IMG/VR virus record: IMGVR_UViG_3300028833_000009
Strand: one strand, 5' to 3'
DNA length: 35,824 nucleotides
Source: an uncultured virus (IMG/VR IMGVR_UViG_3300028833_000009)
Lineage: Duplodnaviria > Heunggongvirae > Uroviricota > Caudoviricetes
Position numbers and translations under genes: made by a program. Position 1 is the first letter of the stretch. The number at the start of each line of letters is the position of its first letter. The notes under the pieces are model-generated. The model saw only the letters and a program-made list of their open reading frames with translations, made no database searches and was not told the DNA's origin. Below are positions 15,585 through 22,498 of this stretch, in pieces.

Positions 15585-15601
15585 TATATCGCCTCCTTTC
15601 T

Positions 15602-15660
15602 ATAAAGATCATTGTTTTATATGCGAAAAAAGAAAGGCGCCTATTTAAAGGCGATACCTT
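15602..15660 (-). promoter_or_regulatory. terminator + promoter motif unit
   Basis: CGCCT-TTAAAT-AGGCG hairpin, T run, then TCGCA TATAAA ACA ATGAT CTTTAT. Confidence 0.7.
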
Positions 15661-15920
15661 TTAATAACGGTTTCAAATAGTTTTCTATATCCTTTTTCGT
15701 CCCATCCATAATTATCTGGGTTAATAAATGTTTCCGCTGCATATACAGAATCTGAGTATTCTTCAACACTTGACAATGGTTTTTTGATCTTTTCGTAAAA
15801 TAAACGTATTGTCATATAACCATATTCTTTCATACATTCTTTTAATGCTTTCTGTATAACTTGATTAACCTCATCTTTATTAATATGTATTATTGGTCCA
15901 TTTTTAGTCCAAGTTATCAT
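15645..15920 (-). CDS. hypothetical protein; start taken at MITW
   Basis: AGGAGGTG SD before ATG at 15920. Confidence 0.7.
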   Translation of the reverse strand: MITWTKNGPIIHINKDEVNQVIQKALKECMKEYGYMTIRLFYEKIKKPLSSVEEYSDSVYAAETFINPDNYGWDEKGYRKLFETVIKRYRL

Positions 15921-15934
15921 CTTATCCACCTCCT

Positions 15935-15997
15935 ACTTATGAGTTTGTTTAAACTGCGAAAAAAGAAAGGGCTTGTGCGTAATGCACTTACCCTCCC
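15935..15997 (-). promoter_or_regulatory. terminator + promoter motif unit
   Basis: AGGGT..GTGC-ATTAC-GCAC..GCCCT, T run, then TCGCA GTTTAA ACA AACTC ATAAGT AGGAGG. Confidence 0.75.
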
Positions 15998-16000
15998 TAT

Positions 16001-16104
16001 ATCAAAAATGGAATACGGTTGCACGCCGACTACGACTCTCGGGAACGAAGAAGGAGCTTTCCTCGCTTTCTCAATTATGTAGTATAATCCGTTTCCATTT
16101 TGAT
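16001..16104. other. imperfect inverted repeat enclosing a GC-richer core (candidate structured RNA or DNA element)
   Basis: ATCAAAAATGGAATACGG (16001-16018) versus CCGTTTCCATTTTGAT (16089-16104). Confidence 0.45.
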
Positions 16105-16113
16105 TAGCGAACT

Positions 16114-16227
16114 TATGTAATAAGTGAGCCATTCTGTGAAACAGTTTATGAAAGTATGTAATAAGTGAGCCATTCTGTGAAACAGTTTATGAAAGTATGT
16201 AATAAGTAAGCCATTCTGTGAAACAGT
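16114..16227. repeat. 2.8 tandem copies of a 41-bp unit
   Basis: TATGTAATAAGTGAGCCATTCTGTGAAACAGTTTATGAAAG at 16114, 16155 and 16196 (one mismatch in copy 3). Confidence 0.95.
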
Positions 16228-16249
16228 GCACAACCTTAAAGTTCATGAA

Positions 16250-16948
16250 TCATTCCACAACCTTTGTAAACTCACTACTTACCCACAGAACTCGGTTATC
16301 ACATTTAATAGCCCGCCAACCATTATCAGCAGTGGCTACATACGGTCTCGATTCTCCAGCATTCATCAAGAACACTTTAGGATAGTCTTTTCCGTTTCCT
16401 GTTCGAACATTTACCTTTACATTGGCAACAACCTTCTGTGTATATGTTCCAGCATACAGATCATAATACTTCTTGCCAAAAATAGCCCGGTTCTGAAGCT
16501 TTTCTTCTGTCTGATCAGCAGGTTTCTCGTACCGTTTTACGATAATATCTGAAATCGTCCGAATGTCTGTTCCATTTTTCATGGCATCAACAACGGTTCT
16601 GTAACACTGAAGTTCACCCCATAAATATTCAACCTGACCTTGCAGATCGCCAATCGAATATCCATGCTTCTTCATATAAGTATACAACCGATCTTTTCTG
16701 CTCCAGTACGTCCACTGAGCAAGACCATATCCAGCTCCATCATGAACGAATGTATCCTTTGAATATGATCCATTATCAACAAGCTCGGTATACTCTTCAT
16801 CTGTAAGACCGAACTTTTTTTCATAAGATCCCTGAAGATTATTTGCTTTCAGTTTACTTTCTACATACAGATTGCCCATCAGTGCAGCAACACCATATGG
16901 ATTCTGAATCTTAGCATACAGATAATCCCAAATATAGCTATCCGTCAT
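16250..16948 (-). CDS. phage tail-type lysozyme domain + C-terminal SH3b; start revised to MTDSY
   Basis: IWDYL...GVAALMGNLYVES, GYGLAQWT...RK..L, YEKPA; VNVRTG.G..Y...W....WVS SH3b; AAGGAGG SD. Confidence 0.85.
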   Translation of the reverse strand: MTDSYIWDYLYAKIQNPYGVAALMGNLYVESKLKANNLQGSYEKKFGLTDEEYTELVDNGSYSKDTFVHDGAGYGLAQWTYWSRKDRLYTYMKKHGYSIGDLQGQVEYLWGELQCYRTVVDAMKNGTDIRTISDIIVKRYEKPADQTEEKLQNRAIFGKKYYDLYAGTYTQKVVANVKVNVRTGNGKDYPKVFLMNAGESRPYVATADNGWRAIKCDNRVLWVSSEFTKVVE

Positions 16949-16977
16949 ACTGTCCTCCTTTAGCTCCTCCAAAATAT

Positions 16978-17026
16978 AAAAGAAAACGGACCGGGTCGGA
17001 AAGGAGCAAACAACCAACCCGATCCG
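16978..17026 (-). terminator. terminator-like hairpin with a large anti-SD loop
   Basis: ACGGATCGGGTTGG-TTGTTTGCTCCTTT-CCGACCCGGTCCGT-TTTCTTTT. Confidence 0.6.
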
Positions 17027-17090
17027 TGGGCGTGTAGATTCACCGTCTAACGTCCACACACCATCAATGCCTGGCGGTAAAGGCTAAGTA

Positions 17091-17999
17091 TTATCCAACA
17101 GTAATATTTCCACCGTACTTTTTAACGATTTCATCTGCCTGTTCTTTAGTTAACTTGCTGATTGTAACGGTATAAACCTTCGGATCAGTCTTCTGTACAG
17201 TAGTCGTCTGAATGTTACAGGCTTCTGACAGTAGTTTATTCCAGGTCTGCGGTCCGCAAATCCCATCAACTTCCAGACCATACTTGCGCTGGAATGCCTG
17301 TACAGCAGATCTAGTTCCACTTCCAAATATACCATCAACTTCCAGATTGCTGCCAAGCTTGCTCAGAAGCGACTGCATCTGATAAACAAGATCCCCTTTA
17401 GTTCCCTGTCGAAGTGTAGGATATGTCACAGTAGAACTGACAGGAGTTTCTTTTGCAGGGAACTGAATGCTATCGCCATTGTAATAATTAACATGCTTAA
17501 GTTCACCCCAGTATGTCCATTTACTGTTTGTAACCTTTGACTTAATCACGCCGGCTTTGGTTCCTTCGGCTTCAATGACAATACCACCACCAATATAAAG
17601 TCCGACATGGCCATAGTTATCTTTTTTCTTATTATACGTAAATACAGCTGTACCAGGCTTCAATTCCTTTCCATCAGAACGTTTGCCATTAACAAGCGTT
17701 CCTTTCGAAGTGCAGTAGGAATTATACATGGTGTTGCTGCCATGATACATATAGCTGCCATGTTTCTTAAATGCCCATGAAAACAACCCGCTGCAATCTG
17801 CAACATAGTGACCGATCCACTTGGAACCATACTGGCGTCCCATCGCTCTGTCACTGTCGGTGGTTTTATTCATGGCTTCCTGTTTGGCTTGTGTCCACAT
17901 AACACCAGCAGTACCCCATATATAACCCCACTTATTAGCAACAGCATATTCGAATTCATCAATAAGCTGTTTAGGAGTAAGTGTAGCGTATTCAGCCAT
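17091..17999 (-). CDS. endolysin: NlpC/P60-like peptidase + peptidoglycan-binding domain
   Basis: YIWG, DCSGL, GHVGLYIG catalytic motifs; LRQG.KG..V..MQ..L...DGIFG..T..AV.AFQ...GL.VDGICG..TW. Confidence 0.9.
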   Translation of the reverse strand: MAEYATLTPKQLIDEFEYAVANKWGYIWGTAGVMWTQAKQEAMNKTTDSDRAMGRQYGSKWIGHYVADCSGLFSWAFKKHGSYMYHGSNTMYNSYCTSKGTLVNGKRSDGKELKPGTAVFTYNKKKDNYGHVGLYIGGGIVIEAEGTKAGVIKSKVTNSKWTYWGELKHVNYYNGDSIQFPAKETPVSSTVTYPTLRQGTKGDLVYQMQSLLSKLGSNLEVDGIFGSGTRSAVQAFQRKYGLEVDGICGPQTWNKLLSEACNIQTTTVQKTDPKVYTVTISKLTKEQADEIVKKYGGNITVG

Positions 18000-18014
18000 A
18001 AATATAACCTCCCA

Positions 18015-18245
18015 TTACTTCTCAGGTCTGTATTTCTTAAGAGCCTTCATTGTGATTGAATCAAGCGTACCAGTTTGGTAAATATTATTTTTCTTTTGAA
18101 ATGACTTAATCGCAGTTACCATGCCAATCGAAAAATATCCGTTGACTTTGATATTGCTACCTGTTCTCTGAAGTAACTTCTGAACGTTCTCAACCTTTTT
18201 ACCCATGTCACCTTTCTGGGGATATCTTCTTTTAAACCAACACAT
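18015..18245 (-). CDS. stand-alone peptidoglycan-binding domain protein
   Basis: KGD.G..V..VQ.LL...G.F...AIK.FQ....TG.LD..T. Confidence 0.8.
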   Translation of the reverse strand: MCWFKRRYPQKGDMGKKVENVQKLLQRTGSNIKVNGYFSIGMVTAIKSFQKKNNIYQTGTLDSITMKALKKYRPEK

Positions 18246-18273
18246 AATAAAAACTCCTTTTCAAAATATAGTC

Positions 18274-18350
18274 TGGTACTGACGGCTGGACTCGAACCAG
18301 CGACATTCGGCTTATAAGGCCGCTCCTCTAACCTACTGAGATACGTCAGC
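18274..18350 (-). tRNA. tRNA-Ile, anticodon UAU
   Basis: GCTGACG/CGTCAGT acceptor, D arm, CGGC-CTTATAA-GCCG anticodon arm, GCTGG-TTCGAGT-CCAGC T arm, encoded ACCA. Confidence 0.92.
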
Positions 18351-18354
18351 ATAT

Positions 18355-18383
18355 AAAAAGAGGGCCTCCGAAGAGACCCTCCT
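18355..18383 (-). terminator. intrinsic terminator after the 266-aa gene
   Basis: GAGGGTCTC-TTCG-GAGGCCCTC-TTTTT. Confidence 0.85.
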
Positions 18384-18396
18384 CTCGAGTAACCGA

Positions 18397-19197
18397 TTAG
18401 GACACTTCGATGGTCGCAGCAGTACCCGAGAACACAGGAGCCTCATGCAGCGCGGCAGCCACACCAGTAAGCACATTGGCATTCTTGGTGGTGGGCAGCG
18501 TAACAGCAGTGGGCACACCGGCAGTACCAGGCGTCACGTTCACAACAGTGGGCGTTCCAGCAGTACCATCGGTCACAGACACAGCCGTAGGCGTTCCAGC
18601 AGTACCGGGCGTCACGGAACCGTTAGTCCAGACGAACTCCAGCGTTTCATTAGCACCCATGGTCATAGCCAGCGTAGGCAGCGTAACAGCGGTAGGAACA
18701 TTCGCCGTGCCAGGAGTGACATCCACAGCAGTAGGCACATCAGCCGTACCAGGAGTCACATTGACAACCGTAGGAACGTTCGCGGTACCAGCGGTCACGG
18801 AACCTTCGTTGTCGATTTCCTTGACAGTGCCGGAAGTAGGAGTCACGTCGATGTCAGGAGTAGACACAGTACCAGCAGGAGTATAGCTGCCAGTCGCGCT
18901 ATTCTTCATCGCCAGAGCACCAAGGCCAGTCAGATCGCCCAACTCATGCACTTTGCCATCGGATTCCGCGAACACAAACTCCCCGCGGTTGTAAATCACG
19001 ATGTCACCATTGCTCAACTGCATATCAGTACCACCGATACTAACAACAGAGATCGTCTGCATGTCTTCAAGAGCAGTAGTGGTAACGCCCATGAAATGCA
19101 CGCCACCAGCAATCGCCTGCCGGGCAACAGTGTCTTTAACCTCAGCATAGGTACCGTCAAGCAGTTTTACCCGAGAGAAATAGATAGGATCAGCCAT
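18397..19197 (-). CDS. virion fibre/decoration protein with 13-aa T/P/V repeats
   Basis: Repeated GTA.(V/T)PT.V.VTP; KD..AR N-terminal motif; own terminator. Confidence 0.7.
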   Translation of the reverse strand: MADPIYFSRVKLLDGTYAEVKDTVARQAIAGGVHFMGVTTTALEDMQTISVVSIGGTDMQLSNGDIVIYNRGEFVFAESDGKVHELGDLTGLGALAMKNSATGSYTPAGTVSTPDIDVTPTSGTVKEIDNEGSVTAGTANVPTVVNVTPGTADVPTAVDVTPGTANVPTAVTLPTLAMTMGANETLEFVWTNGSVTPGTAGTPTAVSVTDGTAGTPTVVNVTPGTAGVPTAVTLPTTKNANVLTGVAAALHEAPVFSGTAATIEVS

Positions 19198-19227
19198 AAT
19201 AGTATGCCTCCTTTAAATATATATGTA

Positions 19228-19728
19228 TCAAACAATGGAAAGGGTTTCGTCATCTTCCATTACAAATCCGTTCATCTTTTGATCATCATCGGAAGGTTCA
19301 GGCTTCAGGTCTGGAATATCAGGAATATCGGAGCCGCTTACAACGGGGATCAGCGTTTCATCGTCTCCCATAATAAATCCTTGGAATCCAGAACCTCTTT
19401 CACCATCATCATTCGGATCTACGTCAATAGGTGCGGATCTGCGCTGGATAGGAATAACGACCGAATAAATCTCATCAACGTTTTCGGCCTTGACCCATAC
19501 ATAAATATACTCACCGGTACTAAAGAACACATCGGGAATTCGCACCTGATAGCTCTTACCTTGTACTGGATAAGATATACCATTTTCTTTGTCATCGGAG
19601 AAATACGCTGTGAAAACATCCGGAAGTGTTATTCCTACAAAGATAAGTGTTTGACCCTTATCATGTTGATGCATCGAATTAGTATAGGCTTTTGTTTCGC
19701 CTTCATGAAATGTAGCTATAATTGCCAT
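19228..19728 (-). CDS. probable baseplate/fibre-anchor protein; start revised to MAIIAT
   Basis: Q.D.GQ.L N-terminus like phage upper-baseplate proteins; two GF.M.DDETL repeats at the C-terminus. Confidence 0.55.
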   Translation of the reverse strand: MAIIATFHEGETKAYTNSMHQHDKGQTLIFVGITLPDVFTAYFSDDKENGISYPVQGKSYQVRIPDVFFSTGEYIYVWVKAENVDEIYSVVIPIQRRSAPIDVDPNDDGERGSGFQGFIMGDDETLIPVVSGSDIPDIPDLKPEPSDDDQKMNGFVMEDDETLSIV

Positions 19729-19732
19729 AAAA

Positions 19733-20065
19733 TCACCACCGCGGATAACGTGGAGGCGTAATTGGGTAATGTCCGGAATATCCATCGTCATAATAGTTCC
19801 CGGAATATCCCGGTCCCATATCACGACTTACATACTGCCCGTTCATGCCTCTTCCTCTGCGGCCGGAAAGTCCATCCTCAGCATACTCCTCAGCTTCCTT
19901 CATGGCATTATAGGTCGCCATGCTTTTGAGCGCATGGTACAGTTTATCAATCTTATCGATATCCTGAACACTCATTTCGCCTGCGTTGTTCTCATATTTT
20001 TGTTCAATCAGTTCAATTTCCTTGCACAGTTTATGTTCAAGGATTTTCTCTTTATTCATTTCCAT
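19733..20065 (-). CDS. helical hypothetical protein with G/Y/R-rich tail (cluster gene 6)
   Basis: AGGAGG SD; L.KE.E..E...IDK..H..K; S.RRGR..NG.YVSR. Confidence 0.8.
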   Translation of the reverse strand: MEMNKEKILEHKLCKEIELIEQKYENNAGEMSVQDIDKIDKLYHALKSMATYNAMKEAEEYAEDGLSGRRGRGMNGQYVSRDMGPGYSGNYYDDGYSGHYPITPPRYPRW

Positions 20066-20078
20066 TTTGATTACCTCC

Positions 20079-20537
20079 TTAAGCAAGTCTTGTTACTTCA
20101 ACATTCAGGTTCCTGAGATTTAGTGCAGGAGCCGGGGTTGTAGCGGGATCAGCAGATACTGAAGCATTTTCCACAGCACAGGCATAACAGCAGCAACTCG
20201 GCACATCCACGATAGCAAAGCCACTCACATTCCAATAAGCATCAACAACCGTAGGAGTTGCTGCAGCAATACTTGTTGGAATGATTTCACCATCAATAGC
20301 CAAGGCCAACTGAATTTCACCAGCGGTTCCACCTTCAGGAACAGCGATATTGCCATCATAGGAAATGCGATACCTTGTAAACTGATTACACGGATTTCCA
20401 TTCGCTCCGCGAAGTGTCAGAATTCCGCTGCCGGGCCGATGAAGCACCAATCCTCTGTTGCAGCGAATGCCATCATTCAACAAAGCAGCAGCGCCAGGCT
20501 GAACGAGCTGAATTTCGTTATATACATACTCAGCCAT
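20079..20537 (-). CDS. beta-rich protein, possibly BclA C-terminal/TNF-like (cluster gene 5)
   Basis: MAEY...HR.GSGI.TLRG...GNIA.P...LA..GE. Confidence 0.75.
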   Translation of the reverse strand: MAEYVYNEIQLVQPGAAALLNDGIRCNRGLVLHRPGSGILTLRGANGNPCNQFTRYRISYDGNIAVPEGGTAGEIQLALAIDGEIIPTSIAAATPTVVDAYWNVSGFAIVDVPSCCCYACAVENASVSADPATTPAPALNLRNLNVEVTRLA

Positions 20538-20638
20538 AAATATCATCCTCCATCAAAATTAGTCTCTGATTAGACTAAAGATAAAGAAACACCCGTATCA
20601 ATACGACACGGGTGCTCTCTAATATGATTATTTAGTTA

Positions 20639-21346
20639 TTATCCGGCATAACCACTGCAGGTATTAAAACCAAAGTTGGAGCAGCAGTTAGGATTCTGAA
20701 CCATATACGCAGGAACAGGAGTAGGCGCCAAATACTTTTCGAGGGCAACCGTCTGCGCTTCATTGTTCGCCATAATTGCAGCCGTCTGAGCATTCTGAGA
20801 AGCAGCAAGTTCAGCCATCTGCAGCTGCTGACGAAGCATAGCAATCGTTTCATTCTTCGCATCGATCTTATCCTGGCACATAGTGTCAAGAATCCTCTGC
20901 GTAGAAGCATTGTTTGCTTCGAGTACATCGCGCAGCGCCGTGGAAATGGCATTACGATCTGCACAGGCTTCCGTAGCTATGGTATACTTGAGATCAGCAG
21001 TTGCGGCACGATTGTCACAGCAACACTGCTGCATTGCAGACTGAAGCGCGAAATTCTGATTCATATCCGCCATCTGACGACTGTTCGCAGCAACTTCAGC
21101 ACTGGCAAAGCCATTGGAAACAGCGGACTGAATTCCGGACAGACCATTCATAACAGCGCTCTGATCAAATCCACGCTGTACAGAAGATCCATTATTTCCG
21201 AAACCTCCACCAAAACCATTACCCCAACCGCCAAAAATCAGCAGAATAATAATCCACCAGGCAGAGTTTCCTCCAAACATGTCATTGCCGTAACCAGCCA
21301 TAGGAGATACGGGCATAACCATACCGTTAGCATTCTCATTGTACAT
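20639..21346 (-). CDS. Gly-rich single-TM protein with CCC and coiled coil (cluster gene 4)
   Basis: WWIIILLIFGGWG, QRGFDQ, QQCCCD, ILD.MCQDKI, P.P.PAY.V.NP. Confidence 0.85.
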   Translation of the reverse strand: MYNENANGMVMPVSPMAGYGNDMFGGNSAWWIIILLIFGGWGNGFGGGFGNNGSSVQRGFDQSAVMNGLSGIQSAVSNGFASAEVAANSRQMADMNQNFALQSAMQQCCCDNRAATADLKYTIATEACADRNAISTALRDVLEANNASTQRILDTMCQDKIDAKNETIAMLRQQLQMAELAASQNAQTAAIMANNEAQTVALEKYLAPTPVPAYMVQNPNCCSNFGFNTCSGYAG

Positions 21347-21731
21347 ATTGAAAATGCCTCCTTCATTTATGGATATTTAGAAACGTCCGCATAACAAAAA
21401 ATCTGCACCGTCATCGTGCAGACTTTGATAATACGAATATCATTTTGTAAAAGAACAAACAGATTCATATCTGGCTTCTCTTTAAGGACTTCCTATAAGA
21501 TCCACCAAATATGAATCTGTATTGTAATCAGAATCCTCTCTTATTAAACAGCCATTGTACACATGACTGTTTAGATTCATTACGGAATCGCGACAGGATC
21601 TGATAAACAATCTAAATATAATTATGTGCTGCTCCCCACCAATACAGCACATCCCGCCAAATCACTGCCGAAGAAACGTTTAAATAAAGCAGTAATAAGG
21701 ACTACTCCGAAATTTGATATCCAAATGGTTA

Positions 21732-22007
21732 TCAGGTCGTTTCAGGTTCAGGAATAGGCTCCGACTCTCTGTAGTCAAATACCTTCGACTCCAGCATAAT
21801 GTTCCGGTCATGCCGGTGCTCAGTCATATAGACGCTCATGCACTGCGATGTTGCGCCCTCCGGCAGGTCTGCGGCATAAGCCCAGAGAGAATACAGCTTT
21901 GCCGCCGCTTTATTCTTGTCCATAAAGGTGTAATTCTGCGTAGCAATCGTGTCGTTCTCGAGGATGTTGGATTCCGTTATGGTGTAATAGATCTGGTTGT
22001 TATACAT
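21732..22007 (-). CDS. hypothetical protein (91 aa), fibre-associated
   Basis: AAGGAAGGA SD; follows the fibre genes. Confidence 0.7.
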   Translation of the reverse strand: MYNNQIYYTITESNILENDTIATQNYTFMDKNKAAAKLYSLWAYAADLPEGATSQCMSVYMTEHRHDRNIMLESKVFDYRESEPIPEPETT

Positions 22008-22032
22008 GATGATTTCCTTCCTTTCTTGAAAA

Positions 22033-22494
22033 TTACACGTTTTGTAGGTTAAACAGTAAGCCGTAAGTTTCAGATCCCCATCTGTTTGTTGTGGAACTAT
22101 AGTTCACTATACGTTGAGACCCTACGTATATTACGAAATAGTATTTAGAACCTATCTTATAATACTGTAAGGTGTAGATTTGTCCCTTTTTAAAAGTATA
22201 TTTTTGTGAGACTCCAGAGCTGTTGTTGAATACTGCCTGAAAATCAGTCATAGGCTCGAATCGAAAGCCCTCAAAAATACTCGGTGCTGATGTTGGTGTT
22301 GGAACTGTTCCGGCTATTAGAATCATGCTGTTTGAGTTATGAAGTCGTCGATAGCATACTTGCAAAACATTTTCTGGGCTCGAAGTGGAATAGTTTGTGT
22401 CGTCGGAGTAAATTATTGCTGGGAAACAGTGTGGAACACTATATACTGTTTCTTTATTTCCCCCTCCATATGGAAAATGGTTTACAATCGCCAT
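22033..22494 (-). CDS. hypothetical beta-rich protein, possible receptor-binding tip
   Basis: MAIVNHFPYGGG start directly after the fibre; GGGGTG SD. Confidence 0.65.
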   Translation of the reverse strand: MAIVNHFPYGGGNKETVYSVPHCFPAIIYSDDTNYSTSSPENVLQVCYRRLHNSNSMILIAGTVPTPTSAPSIFEGFRFEPMTDFQAVFNNSSGVSQKYTFKKGQIYTLQYYKIGSKYYFVIYVGSQRIVNYSSTTNRWGSETYGLLFNLQNV

Positions 22495-22498
22495 ATTA

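Noticed and set aside
16063..16088. Plus-strand copy of the promoter motif (TCGCT...TATAAT)
   Set aside because: Spacing is one base off and the central ACA is missing, whereas all 13 accepted copies have fixed spacing
16114..16227. CRISPR array
   Set aside because: Units are head-to-tail identical with no unique spacers, and there are no cas genes
18445..19761. 438-aa plus-strand ORF and the other plus-strand ORFs in the track
   Set aside because: Antisense shadows of well-supported minus-strand genes, with low-complexity composition and no SD
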